Below, one piece after another: positions 17,177-27,600 of a stretch of 34,826 bases of DNA. Source of the DNA: Eubacteriales bacterium (GTDB lineage Bacteria > Bacillota > Clostridia > Oscillospirales > CAG-272). A model generated the notes under the pieces. The model was not told the origin of the DNA. It searched no databases and saw nothing but the letters and a program-made list of their open reading frames with translations. Made by a program: the position numbers and the translations under genes. The stretch is from contig JAZOOW010000138.1 of assembly GCA_045655145.1 (NCBI GenBank), forward strand, positions 1-34,826, written 5' to 3'. Positions within the stretch are counted from its first letter, which is position 1; each line of letters begins with the position of its first letter.

Positions 17177-17330
17177 GTTATTATCAGTAAGCATAGGCAC
17201 TGCTGTGCACATTTGTCGAAAAAAGCATTTTTTGTGCGTTCTTTGGTGCCGTCAACGCCGCAGCTCTGCGGCTGCGGATGTTTTTTGAAACCTCGGGGCG
17301 AGGCTCCGAATTATCTAGGAGGGAATTTTC

Positions 17331-20300
17331 ATGAAGAGATCCAGGTTTGTTCGCGCAATAGCTCTGTGCCTGGCTGTTCTGATGCTGGCTGGCACCTTTG
17401 GTGTGTCTGTCGCAGCAGCAGATACGGGCACGACGGGATCGACCACGGCAGCACAGATCCGTGAGCTGTTGAACACATCTTCCTACAAGGTGTACAACGA
17501 AAAGCACCCCACTGTGAAGGGGACGGGAGAGATCATCGTCGACGCAACGGTCCCGTATTCCTATGAGGTGGGCGGCATCGTCTACTACTACGATGCTGCA
17601 AAGAAAACGTTTTACACGGTTGATGCTGCGGGGCTTCGTACCGATGTAGCGTCGGATGCGGTGGCCGTTTATGTTGGCGACCACGGCGGCGCAAGTTCCT
17701 TGTATTCGCCTGCTGACGGTAAGCTCAGCTGGCAGGTGACGGTTCCGCAGAGCGGACGCTATGCTATCGAGATCGAGTATTATCCCATCGGCAAGAATGT
17801 TTCCTCGATCGAGCGTGTGTTCTACATAAACGACAAGGTTCCGTTTTCCCAGGCGCGGTATTTGACGATGTCCAAATCCTGGGAATACAAGTACGAATAT
17901 GCCCAGGAAGACAGCGCAAAGGCTGACCCCTTCTTTAAGACCGACCTTGGCGGCAACGAGCTGAAGCCCGAGGCCGCTCCGGCTCCGACTTGGATGAAGT
18001 ACCAGTTCTCGGATTCGGACGGCTTCTATCAGGGGGCGTTTGAGTTCTACTTCGACAACGACGAGCAGGAAAACGTAACACACACCATCTCGCTTGAGGC
18101 GGCGCGCGAGGCAATGGCCATCAAATCGATCCGCCTGTATCCATATGTTGAAGCACCGAGCTATGCGGATGTGTTGGCTTCCTACATTGCAAACAACTAC
18201 CAGACTGCCGGCGCCGACGCACACATCAAGCTGGAGGCAGAAAAGCCGTATCGCGTATCCGATACCTCTGTGTACGCATCCAACGACCGTACATCGGCCG
18301 TCAACTCTCCCTCCGACCCGAACAAGCAGCTCCTCAACGTGCTTGGCGCAAACAGCTATGATACCATTGGTCAGTGGGCGAGCTACCAGTTCACACCTAC
18401 TAAGACCGGTCTGTATACGATCTCGGTCCGTTGCAAGCAGGATGAGTTGGCCGGTATGTATACCTCCCGTACGGTCCGCCTTGCAGGTGGTAAGTACGGC
18501 GATACGCTGATGGTGCCGTTTGCCGAGGCGTATGATGCCCGCTTCAATTACGACAAGGCGTGGCAGATCGCTACGCTCAGTAACGGGGAAGAGGTATTCC
18601 AGTTCTACTTTGAAGCAGGTGTGACCTACACCGTTTCCTTTGAGGTTAGCTTGGGTACGCTTTCCGATATCATCGAGCAGGTGGAAAACTCGCTTAGTGT
18701 GATCAACGATTGTTATCTTGAGATCCTCCAGCTGACAGGTGCCGAGCCTGACCAATACCGCGATTACAAGTTTGAGCGCGTTATGCCGGAGACCATCCGT
18801 AACCTTCTGAATCAGGCTAACACGCTTGAGGATGTGTCCGAGGAGCTTACGCGTCTTTCCGGATCGCGCGGTTCTCACGTGGCAACGCTCGATCAGGTGG
18901 TCTTCCTACTGCGTGAGATGGGCCGTGATAACGGTGATAAGATTCCGGAGAACCTTGGTAACCTGAAGTCTTATATCGGTACGCTCGGTACCTGGCTGAA
19001 TACATCGAAGCAGCAGTCCCTCATGATGGACTACATCGTTGTTTCCGGCACCGAGAAGACTGAAACCGCACTCTCCTTTGAGCACAAGCTCGATCCTTCT
19101 TATAAAGAGAACGCTACGTTCTTTGAGTCTGCCGGCTACGAGATCATTGCGTTCTTCCAAAGCTTCTTTACAAGCTACGATCAGATGGGCGTTACCGAGC
19201 AGCTTGATACCAATACGCGTGTTGAGGTTTGGATCGCTACCGGTCGTGACCAGGCAAGCATCTGGCGTAACCTGGTTGACTCCTCGTTCACTTCGACGGA
19301 TGCAGGTCGCGGTGTTGCTATTGACCTGAAGCTGGTTGCCGCAGGTAGCTTGCTTCCTTCCGTCCTTGCAAAGAAGGGTCCTGACGTTTACATCGGCCTG
19401 CCCGCGGGAGACGTGATTAACTACGCGATCCGTAGTGCGGTTCTTCCGATTACCGACTTTACAGATGCTGAGCCGAATATTCTGGGTGAGTTTAATGCGG
19501 CTGCGTTGGATCCGATAATCATGCACGAGGAGCTGTACGGCCTGCCCGAAACGCTTGCCTTCTCGATGATGTTCTACCGCAAGGATGTACTTGCGAACAT
19601 TAACCGTGATGTTCCCGAAACATGGGAGGATGTTTTGAAGCTGGTGCCGTTGCTCCAGTCCCAGAACATGCAGATCGGTCTTACGCGTAACTACAACATG
19701 TTCCTCTATCAGCGCGAGGGCGGCGACCGTTGGGCGTACGACGGCAACGAGTACAGCAAGACGGGCAAGTTTGCCGACCTGATGAGTGACGAAACGTTTT
19801 CTACCTATTTTAATTATATGCGTATTGCATATGATGCCGATGTGGCGCTGGATGCCTTCCGCTATATGTGCCGCTTGTACACGGACTACAGCTTCCCGGT
19901 GGCCTTTGACTCCGCAAACCGCTTCCGTACAGGGGAGATGCCGATCGTTATCGCTGATGCTGTTGCCATGTACAACCAGCTGACCGTCTTTGCAACGGAG
20001 ATCCGCGGTCTTTGGATGTTTACCAACGTCCCCGGCACCAAGCGCTCTGACGGAACCATCAGCCGTCTTTCTATCGGTGCTGTTACGGCAACCGTTATGA
20101 TGAACGGCGTGCGTGACAAGGCTGCTACTTGGAAATTCATGAGCTGGCAGGTTGGCTCGGATGTACAGGCTGAGTACGGCAACTCCATGGTGTCGCTGAT
20201 CGGTCCTGCCGCGAAGTATAACACGGCTAACATGGCAGCACTCGAGAAGATGTCCTGGACAACAGAGGAGTACAAAAACCTCTATAGCCAGTTCAACAAT

Positions 20301-20597
20301 CTTGCATCCATTCCTAACTACCCCGGGGCTTACATCATCGACCGCTATCTGGAATTCGCATTCTTGAACGCTACCGAGGGCGCTAACCCCGTCGACGAGC
20401 TGCGTGACTATACCAAGACCATCAACAAAGAGATCAACAGAAAACGTACAGAGTTTGATTTGCCCATCATCGAAAATGACCAAACCGTCGATGATGCCAT
20501 TGAAAATTACATTGCGTATCTGAAAACGCTCGATGACAGCCAACTCGCCGGTTATTCGGAGTATGTGCGTAATTACGTTAAGAATTACAAAGCCTGA
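17331..20597 (+). CDS. Large extracellular solute-binding protein (1088 aa): signal peptide, two CBM-like beta-sandwich modules, helical linker, C-terminal carbohydrate SBP domain
   Basis: AGGAGG RBS and Sec signal. CBM6/35-like motifs WQVTVPQSGRYAIEIEY and LEAE...YQFTPTKTGLYTISVR. SBP motifs GPDV, LYGLP...MMFYRKDVL...VPETWED, FRTGEMPIVI and AATWKFMSW. Directly precedes permeases. Confidence 0.85.
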   Translation: MKRSRFVRAIALCLAVLMLAGTFGVSVAAADTGTTGSTTAAQIRELLNTSSYKVYNEKHPTVKGTGEIIVDATVPYSYEVGGIVYYYDAAKKTFYTVDAAGLRTDVASDAVAVYVGDHGGASSLYSPADGKLSWQVTVPQSGRYAIEIEYYPIGKNVSSIERVFYINDKVPFSQARYLTMSKSWEYKYEYAQEDSAKADPFFKTDLGGNELKPEAAPAPTWMKYQFSDSDGFYQGAFEFYFDNDEQENVTHTISLEAAREAMAIKSIRLYPYVEAPSYADVLASYIANNYQTAGADAHIKLEAEKPYRVSDTSVYASNDRTSAVNSPSDPNKQLLNVLGANSYDTIGQWASYQFTPTKTGLYTISVRCKQDELAGMYTSRTVRLAGGKYGDTLMVPFAEAYDARFNYDKAWQIATLSNGEEVFQFYFEAGVTYTVSFEVSLGTLSDIIEQVENSLSVINDCYLEILQLTGAEPDQYRDYKFERVMPETIRNLLNQANTLEDVSEELTRLSGSRGSHVATLDQVVFLLREMGRDNGDKIPENLGNLKSYIGTLGTWLNTSKQQSLMMDYIVVSGTEKTETALSFEHKLDPSYKENATFFESAGYEIIAFFQSFFTSYDQMGVTEQLDTNTRVEVWIATGRDQASIWRNLVDSSFTSTDAGRGVAIDLKLVAAGSLLPSVLAKKGPDVYIGLPAGDVINYAIRSAVLPITDFTDAEPNILGEFNAAALDPIIMHEELYGLPETLAFSMMFYRKDVLANINRDVPETWEDVLKLVPLLQSQNMQIGLTRNYNMFLYQREGGDRWAYDGNEYSKTGKFADLMSDETFSTYFNYMRIAYDADVALDAFRYMCRLYTDYSFPVAFDSANRFRTGEMPIVIADAVAMYNQLTVFATEIRGLWMFTNVPGTKRSDGTISRLSIGAVTATVMMNGVRDKAATWKFMSWQVGSDVQAEYGNSMVSLIGPAAKYNTANMAALEKMSWTTEEYKNLYSQFNNLASIPNYPGAYIIDRYLEFAFLNATEGANPVDELRDYTKTINKEINRKRTEFDLPIIENDQTVDDAIENYIAYLKTLDDSQLAGYSEYVRNYVKNYKA

Positions 20598-20633
20598 TCC
20601 GAATACAAAGAAATGATATAAGGAGAAATACGA

Positions 20634-21581
20634 ATGTCACAGAAAGAGGCGGTCGCGCGCCCGGTAGCGCGTAAAGACATGACCAAGCTCCAATGGACAT
20701 GGAAGGAGATCAAGCGCAATAAAACGGCGTATTTTCTGGTAATGCCGTTTATGATCCTCTTCTTTGTATTCACGGTGCTTCCGGTTGCCTTTTCGATTTT
20801 CCTGAGCTTTACAGAGTTTAACCTTCTTGAATGGCCGAAAATGATCGGATTCGAAAACTACATTCGCCTGTTTCTTGATGATGAGATCTTTATTCTCGCC
20901 TGCGGAAACACGCTGATCTTCGCTGCGATTACAGGCCCGCTTTCTTATTTGCTGTCTTTCTTGATCGCGTGGTTCATCAATGAGCTTCCCCCTAAGGTCC
21001 GCGCTGTTGTTACCCTGATCTTCTACGCCCCCTCTATCTCGGGCGGTGTGTACATGGTTTGGACGATCCTGTTCTCCTCCGACTCTTACGGTTGGGTAAA
21101 CGGTACACTCATGAATTTGGGAATTATAGACAGCCCGATCCTCTGGTTCCAGAACGAGACCTACATCATGCCGCTTTGCTGCGTGGTTGCTCTTTGGACC
21201 TCGCTTGGTACAGCCTTCCTTGCTTTCATTGCCGGTCTGCAAACGATCGACAAGAGCCTCTTTGAGGCGGGAGCGGTGGACGGTATCCGCAACCGTTGGC
21301 AGGAGCTTTGGTACATAACCCTGCCTACCATGCGTCCGCAGCTGATGTTCGGTGCGGTGCTTGCCATTACACAGTCCTTTGGTTTTGGCGCTATCGTTAC
21401 CGCACTCGCCGGCTTCCCGTCGCTGAACTATTGCGCACATACGATCATGCACCATCTTGATGACTACGGTGGCCAGCGTTTTGAAGTCGGTTACTCGTCT
21501 ACCATCGCCGTGATCCTATTTGTAATCATGGTGGGTAGTAATATGATCATCAAGAAAGCTCTCTCGAAGGTAGGACAATGA
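20634..21581 (+). CDS. Carbohydrate ABC transporter permease (MalF/UgpA-like)
   Basis: IGFENYIRLF; EAA loop LFEAGAVDG...ITLP; multiple TMs; AAGGAG RBS. Confidence 0.92.
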   Translation: MSQKEAVARPVARKDMTKLQWTWKEIKRNKTAYFLVMPFMILFFVFTVLPVAFSIFLSFTEFNLLEWPKMIGFENYIRLFLDDEIFILACGNTLIFAAITGPLSYLLSFLIAWFINELPPKVRAVVTLIFYAPSISGGVYMVWTILFSSDSYGWVNGTLMNLGIIDSPILWFQNETYIMPLCCVVALWTSLGTAFLAFIAGLQTIDKSLFEAGAVDGIRNRWQELWYITLPTMRPQLMFGAVLAITQSFGFGAIVTALAGFPSLNYCAHTIMHHLDDYGGQRFEVGYSSTIAVILFVIMVGSNMIIKKALSKVGQ

Positions 21582-21582
21582 T

Positions 21583-22458
21583 ATGGCGAAGAAATTAAGA
21601 ACAAGAAATCATAAAGTTGTCCTCAACCGTTCGGCAGGAGGCGACGCAGGCATTACCTTCTTCCTTGTGCTGATGGGTGCTTTCATGTTCCTCCCCATGT
21701 TGTATGTTATCATGCAGTCGCTTAAGCCTCTTGATGAGCTGTGGATGTTTCCGCCGCGCTTTTACGTAATCAGCCCGACGCTTGAGAACTTCTCGGATCT
21801 GTTCTCTCTGATGAACACATCTTGGGTTCCTTTCTCGCGTTACATCTTTAATACCGTATTCATTACAGCGATCGGTACGTTCGGCAACCTGGTGCTTGCA
21901 TCTATGGCCGCCTACGCACTGGCAAAGCTGAAGTTCCCCGGACGCAACTGGATGTTCCAAGTAGTTGTCCTTTCGCTCATGTTCCACCAGACGGTTAACC
22001 AGGTAACGCACTTCATTATTCTGACCACGCTTGGGCTGGTCGATACCTACTGGGCTATCATCATTCCTTCGCTGGCTACCACAATGGGCCTTTACCTGAT
22101 GAAGCAGTTTATGGAATCCTCGGTGTCGGATGCGGTGCTCGAAAGCGCGCGCCTTGACGGTGCGAGCGAGTTCCGTACCTTCCTGACGATCGCTATGCCG
22201 ATGGTTAAGCCTGCGTGGCTGACACTGATCATCGAGTCCTTTAAGGGACTTTGGAATACGGGTGCTTCGATTTATATTCAATCCGAGCAGCTGAAAACCT
22301 TTAACTACGCCATTCAGCAGATCGTTAGCGGCGGTGTAGCCCGTGCCGGTGCCGGTGCAGCTGCAACGGTGGTTATGATGATCGTGCCGATTACCGTGTT
22401 TGTCGTATCTCAAAGTAGCATCATTGAGACGATGGGCTCGAGCGGTATGAAAGACTGA
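21583..22458 (+). CDS. Carbohydrate ABC transporter permease (MalG/UgpE-like)
   Basis: QSLKP, PTLENF, AAYALAKLKFPG; EAA loop LESARLDGASEFRTF. Confidence 0.92.
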   Translation: MAKKLRTRNHKVVLNRSAGGDAGITFFLVLMGAFMFLPMLYVIMQSLKPLDELWMFPPRFYVISPTLENFSDLFSLMNTSWVPFSRYIFNTVFITAIGTFGNLVLASMAAYALAKLKFPGRNWMFQVVVLSLMFHQTVNQVTHFIILTTLGLVDTYWAIIIPSLATTMGLYLMKQFMESSVSDAVLESARLDGASEFRTFLTIAMPMVKPAWLTLIIESFKGLWNTGASIYIQSEQLKTFNYAIQQIVSGGVARAGAGAAATVVMMIVPITVFVVSQSSIIETMGSSGMKD

Positions 22459-22474
22459 TAAAGGAGAGAAGAGA

Positions 22475-24622
22475 ATGAAAAAGAAATTAATATCCTTCGG
22501 ACTTCTGTTCCTCTGTCTTCTCGTGCTGTTTGCCGCTGTTCCCGTTTCGGCAAGTGAGCCGTATCAGACCTACACCTATTCCTCGGACGGATTTGCGCTT
22601 CATTCGCCTGCTGCATATACTCCCGTTAAGCTTGTCGACTCCAAGTCGATCGGTCTTTTGGATGTGCCCGGCGGGGTAGCGTTTGACGATGCCGCCGACC
22701 TCTTCGTTGACGGCGATATGAAGGTGTATCTTGTTGACAGCAAGAACAGCCGTATCATTGTCATGGATCGGCACTACAAGCTTGACTTCATCATCAAGGA
22801 TTTTGTCAATGCACAGGGCGTTCACGATTCCTTTGAATCTCCCAAGGGTGTCTTTGTTAATGATGAGTACATTTACGTTTGCGATACAGAAAAGCAGCGT
22901 ATCGTCCTTTTTGATAAGGAAGGGAATTACGAGAGAACTATCGAAAAGCCGAACTCTCCGCTTTTTGGTCAGGATTCCTTCTTCAAGCCGATCGCCATGG
23001 CCGTTGACCAGTACAATAAGATCTATGTGATCTCCTCCTCTACGCATCAAGGCGTTATCGTTATGGATGAGGACGGCTCCTTCAACGGCTTTATCGGTGC
23101 CCAGAAGGTCGCCTATGATCTGTTTGAGGTCATGTGGATGAGCTTTATGACAGAAGAGCAGAAGGCTCAACAGATGTCCTACGTTCCGACGACCTTTAAC
23201 AATATCGCTGTTGACAGCGACGGCTTTATCTACGTGACGAACTCCTCCATCGAGGAGAGTAGCCAGATGGCGTCGATCCAGAGCAAAAGTGCGGATTACT
23301 CGCCTGTCAAAAAGCTGAACTCTGCCGGTAGAGAGATCATGCAGCGTAATGGCTTCTTTGATCCCGGTGGAGAGGTAGACGTACGTACAGACAGTAAGGC
23401 TACTTACCGCGGTGTTTCCGAGATCGTTGACGTTGGTGTCGGTCCGGAGTTTACCTGGTCCATCATCGATAAGAAGAGAAGCAAGGTGTTTACCTATGAC
23501 TCCAACGGTAACCTTCTCTTCGCCTTTGGTGACGAGGGCTCCCAGCTTGGTAACCTTTCCAACCTTGGCGCTGTTGTTTATCAAGGTGATTTCTTGCTCC
23601 TGCTTGACACGACAGATGACCGCTTTACGGTTTATGAGAGAACTGAGTACGGCGATCTTTTGATCGAAGCGCTTAAGCTTGAAAACGACCGCCATTACAA
23701 TGAAGCGGTACAATGCTGGTACAAGGTGCTGCAGCGTAACAACAACTTTGATACTGCGTACATCGGTATCGGTAAATCGCTTTACCGCTCGGGCCACTAT
23801 GAGGAAGCTATGGAATACCTCAGTGCCGCCTATGAAACAGAAAACTACTCCAAAGCATATCAGGAAATGCGTAAGATTTGGATCGCGGATTACTTTATTT
23901 GGATTCCGATTGTGATCATCGCCGTTTGCGTGGCATGGAGCTTCCTCATGAAGCGTGTCAAGCGCGTGAATTACGAGACCGCGCATTCCCGCTCTAAGCG
24001 TACATACATCCAAGAGCTTTGCTACAGCTTCCACTTGGTGTATCATCCCTTTGACGGATTCTGGGATCTGAAGCATGAAAAGCGCGGCTCTATGCGTGCT
24101 GCCATGACGATCTTGGCTTTGGTCATCCTCGCCTTCTTCTATCAGTCGGTTGGTACGGGCTATATCATGAACCCGAAGGATAATTATTCGACTATCTTCG
24201 TACAGATCCTTTCGGTTGGTGTTCCGCTTGTGCTGTGGGCAGTATCCAACTGGTGCTTGACGACACTCTTTGACGGTGAGGGTAGCTTCAAGGACATTAT
24301 CATTTCTTGCTGCTACGCCTTGGCTCCCATGCCGCTTCTTTTGATTCTGTCCACACTTTTCTCCAACGTCGTAACGCTGAATGAGGCACAGATCGTAACG
24401 CTTTTGGTTACGGTGGGCTTCGTTTGGTCGATCTTCCTCATCTTCTTCGGTATGATGGTCACACACGACTATTCCATGTACAAGACGATCGTTACAACGC
24501 TCGGAACGATCTTGGCAATGGCCTTGATCATGTTTGTTGCTATCCTGTTTACAAGCTTGCTTGGTAAGATCCTTTCCTTTGTCACATCGATCGCAACTGA
24601 GCTTAGCTACCGCGGAATTTAA
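22475..24622 (+). CDS. Membrane protein: signal peptide, NHL-repeat beta-propeller, TPR, TM and Yip1-like multipass C-terminal domain
   Basis: NHL-like repeats (FDDAADLFVD...VYLVDSKNSRIIV, FESPKGVFVNDEYIYVCDTEKQRIVLFD, FKPIAMAVD, NIAVDSDGFIYVT); TPR-like segment AYIGIGKSLYRSGHYEEAMEY; HPFDGFWDLK followed by ~5 TMs; AAGGAG RBS. Confidence 0.8.
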   Translation: MKKKLISFGLLFLCLLVLFAAVPVSASEPYQTYTYSSDGFALHSPAAYTPVKLVDSKSIGLLDVPGGVAFDDAADLFVDGDMKVYLVDSKNSRIIVMDRHYKLDFIIKDFVNAQGVHDSFESPKGVFVNDEYIYVCDTEKQRIVLFDKEGNYERTIEKPNSPLFGQDSFFKPIAMAVDQYNKIYVISSSTHQGVIVMDEDGSFNGFIGAQKVAYDLFEVMWMSFMTEEQKAQQMSYVPTTFNNIAVDSDGFIYVTNSSIEESSQMASIQSKSADYSPVKKLNSAGREIMQRNGFFDPGGEVDVRTDSKATYRGVSEIVDVGVGPEFTWSIIDKKRSKVFTYDSNGNLLFAFGDEGSQLGNLSNLGAVVYQGDFLLLLDTTDDRFTVYERTEYGDLLIEALKLENDRHYNEAVQCWYKVLQRNNNFDTAYIGIGKSLYRSGHYEEAMEYLSAAYETENYSKAYQEMRKIWIADYFIWIPIVIIAVCVAWSFLMKRVKRVNYETAHSRSKRTYIQELCYSFHLVYHPFDGFWDLKHEKRGSMRAAMTILALVILAFFYQSVGTGYIMNPKDNYSTIFVQILSVGVPLVLWAVSNWCLTTLFDGEGSFKDIIISCCYALAPMPLLLILSTLFSNVVTLNEAQIVTLLVTVGFVWSIFLIFFGMMVTHDYSMYKTIVTTLGTILAMALIMFVAILFTSLLGKILSFVTSIATELSYRGI

Positions 24623-24639
24623 GTATAGGAGAAAATGCT

Positions 24640-27600
24640 ATGAAAAAGAAAATATTATCAGCAATGCTTGCATTGTTGATGGCGTTTGGAGCTTTCGGCG
24701 TCTTCTGTACTGTTCCCGTTTCGGTAGCAGCAGAGGAGGCTGCCGGTGGAACAAACGACTCCGGAAGCACTTCCACGACTCCAGGAAAAGAGAAGTACAA
24801 AACAGTCGTGGAGGGCGCACTCAGCAAGTCTTATGCCAGTGCACAGGATAAGATTGACAGTGACGAAAACATGGAGCTTCTTACCGTCTACGGTAACTAC
24901 AAGCTCTATGCAAACCGTTACACGGGCGAGGTTGCTGTTAAGGATGTCCTCACAGGACAGATCCTGCTCACCAATCCCTACAATGTACCGAGCTATAGCT
25001 CGATTCAGAAGGACACACGCTATCAGCTTCTTTCTCAGATCGCCATCGGTTATACCGACAACGGTGTATCCAATACCTTCTACAGCTACAACGAGGCAGC
25101 CGCCCGTGGTCAGATCAAGGTAAAGAACATCAAAAATGGTATCCGTGTCGACTACGCACTGGGCCTTGAGCAAGCAAACTATCTTGCTCCCGGTATGATT
25201 ACCCAAAAGCGTATGGAAGAGGTCATCCTCTCCGTCATGGTAGATGTTTCAAGCTACAATACGGAAGATATCACCTATGATTATTCCTACAACTCTATTG
25301 CAACCCTCCCCGAGGATGACCTTACCTTTAAGGTTAAGAGCTTCCTTGCTCCTTATATTCTTTATGACCCGTGGGAGGAAGGCCTTGCAGACATAACCTT
25401 AACGAGTTATTTGGAGCAATTCCCGTTCCTCAAAACCGCTTATGATGCATGGACGGCAGAGGTAAAATCCCTCGGCGCAGACCTTGACGGAGACGGTTGC
25501 GTTAAAGAGGCAGAGTTTAATCTGCTCCCGAAAGAATCTCAGGACAGACTCCTATCCTTCCAAAAGCCTCTGTACGTGCTTCAGACCGGTAAAACAGCGA
25601 AAGAGAAGCGTGTGCTTGAGAACTACCTCAAGGAGCTCGTTCCGCTTTACACCTACGAGGAGCGCGATAAGGACCACGAGGAAACCGGCTACGTTTCCGA
25701 AGAGATTGAGCCGCCGCTCTTCAAGCTGGCATTGGAGTATACGCTGAATGATAACGGTCTGAACATCTCCTTGCCCGCCAACAGCATTCGCTTTAACGAC
25801 GAGCTGTATAAGCTTGAATATATCAGCCCTGTACAGTTCCTCGGTGCCGGCGACCTCAATGATGATGGCTATCTTTTCTATCCCGACGGCGGCGGTGCGA
25901 TCCTGTACTACGAGGATCTGATCAAAAAGAGCGCGAGTAGCATTACAGGCAAGGTTTACGGTGCTGACTATGCTTATCATGAAATTTCCGGTAAGCACCA
26001 GGAATCGATCCGTATGCCCGTCTTTGGCTCGGTGACCTCTAAGGAAACAACGCTTTTGGACTCGGAGGGCAACCCCGTGACCATGCCCGATGCAAACGGC
26101 AATCCTGTTCCCGTGACAACGAAAACGACAACAGGATTCTTGGCAATCCTCCATCAGGGAGATGCCATGGCTAACATTACGGCTGCGTGGGGCGGCTCCC
26201 GTCATAATTTTGCATCTGTTTATACAACCTATTACCCGCGTCCTAAGGACACCTACGAGCTTTCCGGCTCGGTTTCGGTCGGCGGTGATAACACATGGAC
26301 TGTAGAGTCCTCCCGTAAATATACGGGTAGCTACAAGATCCAGATCGTGCTTCTGTCCGACGTTTCCCAGAAGGCTACGCTTGAAGCGGCCGGCCGCACC
26401 TACTTTGAGGCATCTTATGTCGGCATGGCCAAGGCGTATAACAATTATCTTGTTAACGTAACGGGTGTTTTGAAGCCGCTTTCTTCCAGTGATGTTAAGG
26501 ACGGTAATCTTCCGCTCTACATTGAGTCCTTTGGTACGGTTCCGGATACGCAGAAGATCCTTTCGATCCCTGTTGAGGTCAACGTACCCTTGACGACCTT
26601 TGATAACATCAAGCAGATGTATAAGGACCTCAAGGAGAACGGCATTACCAATGTTCAGTTTAAGCTGACAGGCTTTGCTAACGGCGGTATGTATTCCACC
26701 TATCCGGCCAAGCTTAATTGGATGAATGAGGTCGGCGGGGCTGACGGATTTAAGTCACTCCTTGCGGATGCTCGTGCACAGGGCTACGGTATTTATCCCG
26801 AGTTCGACTTCATGTACGTCACAAAGGAGGAGCTGTTTGACGGCGTAGACCTGCAATATGCGGCCGCGCGCACGATCGATAACCGTTATTCCAACAGACG
26901 CGTTTATGATGCGACCTATCAGCAATTTGTCAGTTACTTTGATATCTGCGTAACGCCTTCCGTGGTTAAGGAATATTACAAGAATTTCTCCGGCGCATTT
27001 ATGGGGTATGATCCGATCGGTATTTCGATATCCACATTGGGCAGCGACCTCAACTCTGATTTCGGAGCCCGTGTTCCTACCAACCGTGAGGATTCCAAGA
27101 AGATTATTTCAAGCCTTCTTGAGCAGATCGATAATGATTACAGCTCTGTGATGACAGCGGGCGGTAATGCTTACGCGTTGGCCTATACCGATCATCTCTT
27201 GAACGCGGCGATCGATAGCTCTCGCTTCGCAAGTGCCAGCCGTTCGGTTCCGTTCGTCGGTATCGTTCTTCACGGTTATGTTAACTTCTCCGGCTCTGCC
27301 ATTAACCGTGCAGGTAACATCAAATATCAAATTTTGAAGGCTATTGAGAATGGTGCATCCGTCTACTTTACGCTTTCCTATGATAATACCGATATTCTTA
27401 AGGAATTTAAGGATCTTAGCCAGTATTATTCGGTGAACTATGATATTTGGGCGTTTACCGAGGATCTCGAAGGGAACCGCAAGCCCGGCGAGCTCTTTGA
27501 TGTATATAACGCCGTTAACCAAGCTATCGGTGGATTGCAGACCGCCAAGATCGTGAACCATCAGTTCCTGATCGCAGAGCGTACACGCACCGAAGCAGAG

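Noticed and set aside
17214-17220. Spo0A-box matches TGTCGAA (17214) and TGACGAA (16836, 15076)
   Set aside because: A degenerate 7-mer expected by chance; two copies are explained by the other palindrome or the gltX -35
17184-24466. Long antisense ORFs of 564, 545, 272, 272 and 659 aa opposite the uptake operon
   Set aside because: They mirror well-supported genes, lack recognisable motifs, and are explained by sense-strand codon bias
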